Assembly (NCBI GenBank): GCA_044892525.1
Contig: CM097885.1
Coordinates: 19,222,001-19,286,000, forward strand
DNA from: Schmidtea polychroa
Taxonomy: Eukaryota
DNA length: 64,000 bases
Direction: 5' to 3'
Shown: piece after piece, positions 1 through 11,936 of the stretch
Layout of the letters: each line of letters begins with the position of its first letter
How positions within the stretch are numbered: position 1 is the stretch's first letter
The notes under the pieces: model-generated
What the model was told of the DNA's origin: nothing
What the model saw: the letters and a program-made list of their open reading frames with translations, nothing else
The model's database searches: none
Position numbers and translations under genes: made by a program

Positions 1-107
1 ATTTTAAAAACCAAAAAAGATGGTAAATATAAACAATACTATGTTAAATGGCACGGATATGAAACTCCAATTTGGATATCCGAAAATCAATTGATTAAAT
101 ATATATT

Positions 108-111
<4 letters not shown>
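1..111 (+). pseudogene. C-terminal chromodomain of a Maverick/Polinton integrase (cut by window edge)
   Basis: Frame 1 reads ILKTKKDGKYKQYYVKWHGYETPIWISENQLIKYIL*. YxVKWxGY...W is a chromodomain motif. The stop overlaps the ATG of a penton-like ORF (ATGA at 108-111). Confidence 0.75.
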
Positions 112-1032
<921 letters not shown>

Positions 1033-1102
1033 TACATTTTTATAGTAGTAACCAATCGGGTGGTGATTTATCATATTTTGTTGGTAAACAATATGGAACC
1101 GG

Positions 1103-1551
1103 TTGGAACGTTCAAAGACGAGAATAAAGGTCTTAAATATAAGGAATGGGTTTTTCTTAGACCTAAATGTTATAGCTTGTTCGGTGATGAGGAAACAAAA
1201 AAGGCTAAAGGTGTAACATTGAAAGGTAGTGACATAAAACATCAGTCATACCTAGATTGTTACAATAAAAATCAAATTTTTCCGATTCCTCAAACAAAAA
1301 TAACAAGCAAAAACCATCAAATTTATACAATTAAAAATGCAAAAGTAGCTCTAACTAACGCAGATGACAAAATGGTTTGGGTGGGGAAAAATACTAATTG
1401 TGCATTTGGTCATGTAAGATTAAGTCAATTAAATGATATAGAAGACGTTGGAGAAGATGTTGGAGAAGATGTTGGAGAAGATGTTGGAGATGTTGGAGAA
1501 GTTGATGAAGAAGTTTACATTGATGATGTTATTTTATCAGATGAAGATTAA
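1103..1551 (+). pseudogene. C-terminal fragment of Maverick protein-primed DNA polymerase B
   Basis: GTFKDE...FLRPKCYS...KKAKGV motifs. Near-identical inverted copy at 11937-12352, which is part of a longer pPolB. Confidence 0.85.
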
Positions 1552-1575
1552 TTGTATTAAATAATAATTTTATAT

Positions 1576-2190
1576 CTTTACTTTTGTTCTTTTTACGTGT
1601 TTAGTTTTGTGTCTAGTTATTTTTTTATGTGTTTAGTGAATATTTATGTGTTGTGTAGTTTTTGGTTGAAATAATAATATTATTATTACTATTATTATTA
1701 TTATTACTATTATTATTACTATTATTATTATTTTTATTATTCCATTAAAATTTCCATTAAAATGGACTTTGAAAATTATTCCATTAAAATTTTCATCTAA
1801 AAAAATTTTATTTCTCAGAAGCTGTTGGTTATTCAAACGTTTTGTTAATAAATTTTAAAATCTTACTTTAATTACTTATTACATTACTTTTATTTACTTA
1901 TTTAACTTTAAATTAAAATTTTTGACCATTGATTACTTAATTTAAAAATTTACTTTATTGTAATTTAAAATTTTAGACCATAATTTACTGCAATTCAAAA
2001 ATCTGAGCCCTTAATTTACTTTAATTTATTTATTTGGACCATAATTTACTGTAATTTAAATTTTTGGACTTAATTTACTGTAATTCAAAAATTTACCACG
2101 CTTTTGTAGTGTGACCATCTTTTTCTATTTAAAATTCTAGGACCAAGGAGACCCCTTCACTATAATCTGAAAATCTTGGTTTTTTTTCTA
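1576..2190. repeat. Maverick TIR-like terminal region with about 30-bp AT-rich subrepeats
   Basis: Directly follows the pPolB stop. Repeated taatttactgtaatt(c/t)aaa...ttt(g/a)gacc units. Resembles 7005-7770 and 40420-40930. Confidence 0.5.
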
Positions 2191-2451
2191 TAGGGCCTAT
2201 CTAAATATATTGAAAAAAATATGTGTGGCTCACTGCCGCAACTACGTAATCAAAAAAGCAAATAAAACGCGTTGCCACAGAACTCCCCTGGGGGGGGGGG
2301 TATTGCAATATTACTGAAATGTTGTGGCAAATAACTACTTTGATAAAGTTGTTGTGTTACGTCAGGAAAATAAACTTTTGATCTGTATTAATGACGAAAT
2401 TTAATTAAAAATAAACATGAATTTGTAGTTGAAAACTAAATTAGGCCAGAT

Positions 2452-3182
2452 TATATTTTATATTTTTAAAAATATAAAATTTAGAATTATAAAAAACTAT
2501 AAATTATAAATATATATAAAAATTACAAGAACATTTTTCAAATTTCACCACTGATTTCTTTTCAATTGACATTGTATTTATTAAAAAGCTTGACTATGAA
2601 TCAGTAAATATATCGATGTTTTTGGTATATTTACTGATTTATAGTCAAGCCTTTTAATAAATATAGAAATATAACTATTAAATTATATAATGTTTATTTA
2701 AAGTTTATTAACATTATTCCTTCAATATTAAAGTCAAAAATTTAATATTTAAAATATAAAAGTTTCATTTTTTGATATTTGATATTTTTCAGTTTTTGAT
2801 AATACATGAAACAAAAAATAGTTTTTAACATGAATAACAATATTCATTTATTATCAAAATAACTTCATCTGATAAAAGTCGAGTCGGAAAAAACAATTTC
2901 CATTCTAATAAAGTCTCTTTCTCAAAATCAAAAATGAAAAGTTTTCCATTGTTATTATAACTGCTGGAAAAATAAATAAAAAATAGTTCGACTAAAAACG
3001 ATGAAAATAATTTGATAAAAGAACATTTGGTTTAAATTTGTTTTTAAAAAGTCGTGTGAAAAAATTATAAGATGGAACAACCAATGAAAAAATTAAATTA
3101 AATTAAATATATATTAAAAAAATAATTTTGAAATTTTTCCCATAAGTCGTTTAAAGTAAAATGTCGGTAAAAATGAATGTGC
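2452..3182. repeat. Left inner arm of large inverted duplication (pairs with 11181-11920)
   Basis: Reverse complement of 11181-11920 over about 730 bp with few substitutions and small indels. Homology ends at ...gtcggta.aa.gaatgtgc. Confidence 0.92.
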
Positions 3183-5504
3183 AAAAAAATAATAATTATT
3201 TCCGAATTTATTTTTCATTTTCATTTTAAATTTCAATAATAAAAGAAAATCTAATTAAAATTGTTTTCGTCGAAAATTGTGATTAATTAATTATTAATTC
3301 TTTAAATTTGTTTCATTGATAATTTGTCCATGGGGATAATTGGAAGAAGATTTTATATCCTCATCATCTATTTCAATTTTCTATAATAAAGAGATAAGAG
3401 ATTTTGAAAAATGAAAAAGAATATTTTATTTTTATTTGAATAAAAATTCTAATAAAAATAAAAATTTGATTTATGTATTATTTTCATTGTTTGGGATATC
3501 AGGGAAAATTTTTTAAAACTATTTTGGTATGTTGCTTTAAGTGATAATAATATTGTAAAGGAAAGCAAAGTTAAAATTATTTGGTTATTATTTTGCAACT
3601 CGGTTTTCTCTGACTCCTCGTGTTCTTATTTAAATAAATAAATTGAAACCTAACACAGTATAACTTTACTAAACTTCAATCAAAATTACAATTCGTCACT
3701 AGATTTGCACCTTTTTCTCCAATAAATATTGCTCGCAAAGGTAGACAAGTGGCAATTTGCTTTCAATTATTACATTTCGTCTTCTGATGGCTGACTTATT
3801 GAATCATGCAATTTCTCTATTGTTTCTTTGACCAACTGGTGGCTTGTCTGTTTTTGAGCTCTCTTTTTATACTTTTTCTGAGAGGGCAATTATCTACAGA
3901 ATTTAGGATAATTGCAAAAAATTAGCTTTCGGGAATCTTGGGTAAATATTTTGAGGATTGTTAAATTATTTTAATTTGTTTACTCCGTATTGGTGCTCGG
4001 GTGAGTTCGCTTTCATATCTAATCAGTCGGGTCTTAATACATTTTGGGTTCCCTTCAGTGCTTGGGTTTCCCATTGGCTCGGGCTTCCCACTAGCTCAGA
4101 CTTCCCTTTGTGGATTAATTAACTTTAATTAATTTCGTTTTTGTTATAAATTTCCCTGTAAACCCCTTATCAATTTTTCGTTATAATTTCTGAATATTTC
4201 TTTCCATTTTTCGCTCAAACATACCCATTTTCCCCGTTAAGTATTGATTTTCGATTTTTAGTATATTTGTAATTAATTTTGTACTTTTGTTGTTTGGCAA
4301 ATTTTTATTGATTTTAACAATATTTGTTATACTTTCCCTTTATATATTATTTTATTTTTGGTTTTAGTACCAACCCCAACATAATGGATGACACTGTGCA
4401 AGTCTATTTAGCTTCAAGGGTTTAAAAATTATTTTATGTGTCCTTAATAAATGTTAAAAGTTATTATCAAACATTTGAAAATCGTTTTGATTATTCTCAT
4501 TCTTTGAATCCAATTTATTGTGATCATTTACTAAAAGAAATTACTTAAAATATTTATGTAAATAATTTTGCCAAATGAGTTTTTAAAAACAATTTCTCTC
4601 AAATAAACAAAACTATTAAAATTCTATCTTGTTTTATTGAATTCGATGTATTAGGGAGATTTATGTATTATGTCGATGCATACGTTTGCGAATCCTCATT
4701 TAAAAATTCACACTTATTTAAAACTTTCGTAAAATTGATGAATTGTCATTAAATAATGGATTACTGAGTTTATGGAGAAAATATCGTCAGACTCACAACT
4801 TACGGGGACTGATATTTGATGTTCAAGAGGAATGAATTTTGTTTAGAAGACAAGAACAAATCAGACACCCACAAAAACCCAAGATGAATAGCTTCATGAA
4901 CTACTAGGTGAAGATGATATTCCGTCAACACTTTACTTTGGCAAAATGTCTAATGTTAGCGACGTTTTCAGGCCTTGGCAAAGGTTTAGGATTTAATAAT
5001 AAATTAATAATAAACAACTTAATATCGGATAATCACTAATTGGTGCCCTTTCAGTTTGTTACAAACAATTCCCAATGAATTGCACCATTTGGTGTTCTCA
5101 TTGCATTTTGTGCCTATTCTCAACGATGCAATCTATCTGCGAATTCAATCAAATTTCATTTTTCAGAAGGTAGTTGAAATATTTGGAAAACGAATTTTCA
5201 AAAAGGTTGCTTAGCAAAATCCCATGCAAGAAACGATTATAATTTAACGATTAAAGTATAAAAAATTAATTCCCGCGCTAATATTTTCCGGATAAAATAA
5301 TAAAATAATAAAAAAATACTAAACGATAAAATAACAAAAAATTCCCAAATTAAATTTGAAAATTATTATCAGAAATAATATACAAATTGCTCTTACATTT
5401 TTTAAAAATTAAATCATATTATTGAAAATTAAAAGTAAGTAGATATTGCCACTCTGCACCGTCCGGACACTGTACCTTTACCCCCTTCCCCTCGTGTGAT
5501 GAGG

Positions 5505-7770
5505 GCCAATTGGTTTTATGTCAATGTGAAGCATTATAGTCAGTAGGTATTTAAGGTCACAAGAACTTTTATACATGGAATTCGGCTATCGTTAAAAAAG
5601 TCTAAGTATTTCTGTTTATCCCAGAATTCTATACACAAATTTATGGTAAAATATTTCGAAGAAATGTTAACCTATAAGAAATTAAATTAAATATGCGAAT
5701 TAAAATAATATTTTAAAATAACTAAAGTAATAATTTTAAATTAAGAATTTTTAAATAAGTAAAGAAAAAATTTAACTTAAGTAAATTAAAGCGATTTTTT
5801 TAAAAATGAATGTATTTAAATGTAATATATTTTCGAAAAGCTCTAACATCTGAGAAATAATGTAATATAACCTTTTCGTGCCGAAGACCGTATATTCCGT
5901 GAAAATAACGTGACAAATAGTCTAAGATCGTATTTATCCGATTTCATTATATTTAAGCGAGTAATGTAGGACGCCTCTGTTTTATATGTTAGATATTTTT
6001 ATTTGTGTTTTTAGGAAAGTTTAAATTTGTCTGTTATTTTATTTTTCATGTATGAATCTGGCACTAGTTCTTGTTTCAATATGGGCACACAAATCGTTCG
6101 ATTCCGAAAACCTCGAAAACTGCCCGTTTTATATATTTAATATGAAAATATCACTTCGTGAAAAGGTTAATGAAACTTTCAAAGCAAATATTTATGAAAT
6201 AAATTTCAAAGTTAATTTAAAAAATCATTTTTATGAAATAATAATAAGAATAATGATAATAACTTGCAACCAAGTACTTACAACCATGTACTAACAAGCT
6301 GTTACTAAAATATGGTCAACAACAACTAATATTCATTAAGTAATCAATTCATAAATTAAATCTTGTATACAATAACAAATTAACCAACTAAAAATGTTAT
6401 TTCTTCAGTGTAAGTTATCAAATTAGATTACATAAGGAAACAACACAAAATCATTAATTAACTTTATTATTATAAATTTTCATTTCATTTGATTCTTCAC
6501 CAAGTTCTAATGTTTTCGAACATAATCAATTGATCTTTAAAGGAAAATCTTCTTCATTGAAGTTAATTGTTTAGCAAATAACACTCATTTGACGAAAGAA
6601 TTAATAAAAATGCAACTAATTAAACTGAATTCAATGATCAGTACGTGTAGGATTTTTCAATAACTAGGTAATAATTAGTAAAAGAATCCATTGCTTAATT
6701 AAAATACAGGAAATCAATGTAAAAATAACAAATAAAAATTTAATTATTCAAAACATAATAAATAAATATCATAAAAAAGGTAATTAATGTAAAACAAAAG
6801 AACTTTAAATTCTCTTCATCAATAATTCAATAAATATAAGTGATTAGGTATTACCTTATTAGGGATTATTATTGAATAAACTTTTTATTGTATCTTCATC
6901 TTCTTTCATTGTGATTTTTATTAAATAACTTTGTATTGTATCTTTGTTTTCTAATACTCAGACCTTAATTATATTTTTTATGGGTTTGTTAGTAACCACA
7001 TTTGGCTGTTGGTACTTGGTTGTAAGTACTTGATTCTAAGTTATTATCATTATTATTATTTTTCTTATTACTATTTCATAAAAAATTATTTTATAAAATT
7101 ACTTTAAAAATTATTTCATAAATATTTGCATTAAAAATTTCATTAAAAATTTCATATATTACATTATTTCTCAGATGTTAGCGTTTTTTGAAAATATATT
7201 ACATTTAAATACATTCATTTTTAAAAAAATTACTTTAATTTTCTTAAGTTAAATTTTTACTTTACTTATTTAAAAATTCTGAATTTAAAATTATTACTTT
7301 ACTTATTTTACTTAATTTAAAAATATTACCCTAATTTAATTTACTTAAGTTTAAATTATTACCTTAATTTCTCATAAGCAAAGTATCTTACCATAAAATC
7401 TTCTACAAAAATCCTGTTATAACAAAATATTTAGGTTTTGTAACGAGGGCCTAAATCTAGTACAAAAATTCCCAGAGACCCAAAAAATATTTATGCTTTT
7501 TTAACGATAGCGGAATTCCCTGTACAAAAATCCTTGTGACCTTAAATACCCCATGACTATAGTGCTTCACATCAACATAACCACCCTAATTTATTTTTAC
7601 CTGTAAAACCTTTAGCCTAAAATACTCCCTGACTTTAGTTGCTTCACATTGACATTAGGCCCGTTAGCTCTGCACCTTAGTTCATTGTGAGTCACAATTT
7701 GTGACATAAGAAAACTTTAAACTAAAAAATCCCCTCACTATAGTGGTTCACATTGACATAAACCTACTTA
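5505..7770. mobile_element. Non-autonomous long-TIR element, probably Maverick-derived
   Basis: 5505-6300 is the reverse complement of about 7005-7600 (e.g. ttatgtcaatgtgaagca vs tgcttcacat(c/t)(a/g)acataa; ggaattcggctatcgttaaaaaag vs cttttttaacgatagcggaattcc). Arms resemble the sequence after pPolB at 1576-2190. No intact ORF inside. Confidence 0.6.
5871..6166. mobile_element. piggyBac-like MITE inserted in the left arm of the long-TIR element
   Basis: Ends CCTTTTC...GAAAAGG, flanked by ATAA/TTAA. Absent from the matching right arm. Confidence 0.55.
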
Positions 7771-7933
7771 TTATTAAATCTTTATTAAATTTAAAGCTTA
7801 AAATATTTATCAAAAATAAATCATAAAATCTTTGTTTAAGTTAAACGGTTACAAATACATTTTTTGAAAATCAAATATTGAGTAAAATTTCTAATTATTA
7901 ATTATTAACAAAAATTAATTTGAATTTTAGAAT

Positions 7934-9328
7934 ATGGTTTGCGATAAAACTCACATCAATATCGTTGTCATCGGGCATGTCGACAGTGGTAAATCCACAT
8001 CTACCGGACACATGATCTACAAATGTGGAGGTATCGACAAGAGAACTATTGAGAAGTTCGAAAAGGAAGCTCAAGATATGGGCAAAGGTTCCTTCAAATA
8101 CGCCTGGGTTTTGGATAAACTCAAGGCCGAAAGAGAAAGAGGTATCACCATCGATATTGCTCTTTGGAAATTCGAAACCTCAAACTACTACGTCACCGTC
8201 ATTGACGCTCCAGGCCATCGTGATTTCATTAAAAACATGATCACCGGAACATCTCAAGCCGATTGTGCCGTTTTGATTGTAGCTGCTGGTGTCGGTGAAT
8301 TCGAAGCCGGTATCTCAAAGAACGGTCAAACTAGAGAACACGCTTTACTTGCATACACCTTAGGTGTCAAGCAAATGATCGTCGGTATCAACAAAATCGA
8401 CTCAACCGAACCACCATACAGTGAAAGCCGATACAACGAAATCAAAAAAGAAGTATCTGGTTACATCAAGAAGGTTGGATACAATCCAGACTCTGTCGCC
8501 TTCGTTCCAATTTCTGGATGGGTAGGAGACAACATGGTTACCCCAAGCACCAATATGGCATGGTTCAAGGGATGGACCATCAAGAGAAAGAACGGAGCTA
8601 CCAAAAAGGAAGAAAGCCTCACTGGAGTTACCCTATTGGAAGCTATGGATGCTATTGATCCACCAGCCAGACCAACTGAAAAACCCTTGAGATTGCCTCT
8701 CCAAGATGTCTACAAGATTGGAGGTATTGGAACAGTTCCAGTTGGCCGAGTTGAAACCGGTGTCATCAAACCAGGCATGGTTGTCTCCTTTGCCCCACAC
8801 GGTTTAACCACTGAAGTTAAATCAGTCGAAATGCACCACGAATCAATTCCTGAAGCAGTTCCTGGAGACAACGTTGGGTTCAACGTCAAGAACGTTTCAG
8901 TTAAAGATATCAAAAGAGGAAACGTTTGCAGTGACAGCAAGAACGCACCAGCATTGGGAGCAGTCGACTTCGAAGCTCAGGTTATCGTAATGAACCACCC
9001 AGGTCAAATCCATGAAGGATACACCCCAGTTCTCGATTGTCACACTGCTCACATTGCCTGCAAATTCGCTGAATTCTTGAAAAAGATTGATCGTCGTACT
9101 GGTAAAGAAGTAGAAGACGCTCCAAAACAATTGAAATCTGGTGACTCAGCCATCGTTAAGATGGTTCCATCTAAACCAATGTGCGTTGAAACTTTCATGG
9201 AATTCCCCCCATTGGGACGTTTTGCAGTTCGTGACATGAAACAAACCGTTGCTGTTGGTGTCATTAAAAATGTCAATAAAAAAGCTCCTGAAGCAGCTAA
9301 AGGTAAAGCCGTTAAGGGTAAAAAGTAA
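7934..9328 (+). CDS. eef1a: Elongation factor 1-alpha, intact, no intron in the CDS
   Basis: 464-aa ORF with [30 protein letters not shown] and [11 protein letters not shown]. Rich in C-ending codons despite AT-rich flanks. TTTTAG acceptor just before ATG; AATAAA at 9337-9342. Confidence 0.99.
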   Translation: MVCDKTHINIVVIGHVDSGKSTSTGHMIYKCGGIDKRTIEKFEKEAQDMGKGSFKYAWVLDKLKAERERGITIDIALWKFETSNYYVTVIDAPGHRDFIKNMITGTSQADCAVLIVAAGVGEFEAGISKNGQTREHALLAYTLGVKQMIVGINKIDSTEPPYSESRYNEIKKEVSGYIKKVGYNPDSVAFVPISGWVGDNMVTPSTNMAWFKGWTIKRKNGATKKEESLTGVTLLEAMDAIDPPARPTEKPLRLPLQDVYKIGGIGTVPVGRVETGVIKPGMVVSFAPHGLTTEVKSVEMHHESIPEAVPGDNVGFNVKNVSVKDIKRGNVCSDSKNAPALGAVDFEAQVIVMNHPGQIHEGYTPVLDCHTAHIACKFAEFLKKIDRRTGKEVEDAPKQLKSGDSAIVKMVPSKPMCVETFMEFPPLGRFAVRDMKQTVAVGVIKNVNKKAPEAAKGKAVKGKK

Positions 9329-9530
9329 ATGTTTTGAATAAATATTGAAACCTTTAATTGGTGTTTTTAATTTATTTTACTTTTGGGGATCTTGTAAAAA
9401 TTCAGCCTCTAGTAGCGGGACTTTTACAGGTGTAATTTCTGGGATAGAATATTTTTAAGTGTAATTTTAAAATATGAAAGAAAATGTTTATTAAGTTTAA
9501 TTATTTAATAAAATTAAAACTTATAAATAT

Positions 9531-9790
9531 ATGAAAGGATATATGAAAACCTATAATTTAAGATGTAGTGCTTTTATATTAATGCCAATGAATAATATTG
9601 GTGTTTTGGGATATAAAACCGATACCGCTAACCATTCAGTAAACTTTGTTACACACACTAAAAACATAGAATCTTATTGTCCTAAAAACACAAGAAACTA
9701 TAAAACAATGATGGGTATCAAAAAATAATTTTAACAGGATCATTTAAATGAATTTATGTGGAGAGATAGCGTTAGAGGAGAAATATTTAT
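9531..9790 (+). mobile_element. Merlin/IS1595-like (ISXO2-type) transposase fragment
   Basis: GYKTDTANHSVNFVTHTKNIES, then after a frameshift HLNEFMWR. Matches the Merlin C-terminal VNHS..HTQ.IE..YL.EF.WR pattern. Confidence 0.72.
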
Positions 9791-11180
9791 TGAGAAAAAT
9801 TATTAAATTGTGGGATTAAAAATGTTTGTTTATATATTGATTTTTTGGTAAATTAAGTTTTGAATAAACGTTAAATTAATTTTTTATTGTTATTACATTA
9901 AAATTTTAACCATGTATCAGCTTTAAACAGTTTATTCATGATTTCAAATATTCCACCGAGGATCAATTTTATTTAAGATATATTTCCTTGGAAACGATTT
10001 AAAATTGAATGGATTGAAAATTGAATTCTAACCTATTGTGAGCAAATTTCAAACGAAATTGTTGGAAGAAATAAGCTTTTACATTTTTTGACGATGATCC
10101 TGATGTTTTACTATTGGCACATTCAGATATAAATATTTTTAAACGCATTTCGTTTCATCGGTAAGATCTTTCCAAACGTCATTCAATTATTGAAAAATCT
10201 AACTGCTGCTGAATATAAATCTATTTATCACGATTCGTTGAAAGTTTATCAAACTTTGGAATTTCAAATAATGTAGCAGAACAAATTGAAGACCAATTAA
10301 GTAATTGTCAAGGCCCTAAAGATTTATCAGAGTCACTATCTAACAATGGTAATCCAATTTTATTGGAAGACGGAAATGACGCCATGACCATCAATACAAC
10401 AAGAGAGTTTTGAAAAACTTTAAAATTAATAAGAGATTTTTATATGCTTGAATTTATTTATTTTTAAAAATATTTTTGTAGGAGACAGAATTTTTATAAG
10501 TGTAACATTTGGGGCTCAATTTTTATAAGATCCAGTTTTAGTTTATTTTTTAAAAGAAAGACTTTTATTCTTAACTTTAAAATATGAAATAGTATGAAAT
10601 TTATTCCATGTGGATTTGTCTCCGAGATTGGTTAAATGCAATCTGTATTTTCAGTTAAGATGTCAATTTGAGCAAATAATATGTTGACGGACTGGTTAAT
10701 TGTCATCACAGACTCAGATCCATCACTGCCATCGTGAATTAGCAAATCGATACTGATTTCAGGTAAAACATCATAAAGTTCAGCTCCATTAGATCCGTTC
10801 TTACAAGAAATATCATAAAACATTTTAGAAGTATCATTAGTTTTAGTTGTCATATAAATCTATTCAAAGAACAACGATGAGCAAATAACAAATTCGCTCT
10901 GTTCAAAAATCTTTGATCAAAATCAATATATTCCAAATTCCGTTCATCCATTCCTTTTAAAAACTGCAAATCGCGTTTTAATAACCTTTTTAAACGTTTT
11001 CAAACTTTTTATTTACCAAAAATAAAAAAATACAATTTTTAAAAATTTACTTTTTTAAAACAATTTTCAAATTAAAACAAATGTCCAAAAAAATCTAAAA
11101 TTCGATGTGAAAATCTAAAACAATATCAAATCGAAACTCAAACCACTCAAATATTCATAATACATTGTTCGCGTATGTGA

Positions 11181-11920
11181 GCACATTCGTTTATACCGAC
11201 ATTTTACTTTAAACGACTTATGGGAAAAATTTCAAAATTATTTTTTTAATATATATTTAATTTAATTTAATTTTTTCATTGGTTGTTCCATCTTATAATT
11301 TTTTCACACGACTTTTTAAAAACAAATTTAAACCAAATGTTCTTTTATCAAATTATTTTCATCGTTTTAGATTTAATATATTGAGTCGATCTATTTTTTA
11401 TTTATTTTTCCAGCAGTTATAATAACAATTGAAAACTTTTCATTTTTGTTTTTGAGAAAGAGACTTTATTAGAATGGAAATTGTTTTTTCCGACTCGACT
11501 TTTATCAGATGAAGTTATTTTGATAATAAATGAATATTGTTATTCATGTTAAAAACTATTTTTTGTTTCATGTATTATCAAAGACTGAAAAATAACAAAT
11601 ATCAAAAAATGAAACTTTTATATTTTAAATATTAAGTTTTTGACTTTAATATTGAAGGAATAATGTTATTAAACTTTAAATAAACATTATATAATTTAAT
11701 AGTTATATTTCTATATTTATTAAAAGGCTTGACTATAAATCAGTAAATATACCAAAAACATCGATATATTTACTGATTCATAGTCAAGCTTTTTAATAAA
11801 TACAATGTCAATTGAAAAGAAATCAGTGGTGAAATTTAAAAAAGTTCTTGTAATTTTTATATATATTTATAATTTATAGTTTTTTATAATTTTATATTTT
11901 TAAAAATATAAAATATAAAA
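11181..11920. repeat. Right inner arm of large inverted duplication (pairs with 2452-3182)
   Basis: Reverse complement of 2452-3182, joined directly to the 3' end of the minus-strand pPolB. Confidence 0.92.
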
Positions 11921-11936
11921 TATTTATTTAATACAA

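Noticed and set aside
2193..2447. Possible MITE with GGCCTA/TAGGCC ends and a poly-G run
   Set aside because: TIR too short and no TSD identified.
8025..9276. Alternative-frame and antisense ORFs within EF1-alpha
   Set aside because: Shadows of a biased-codon CDS with no independent motifs.
7934..9328. EF1-alpha as a processed retrocopy or foreign gene
   Set aside because: No poly(A) tail or TSD seen, a splice acceptor precedes the ATG, the ORF is intact, and it has a flatworm-type insertion.
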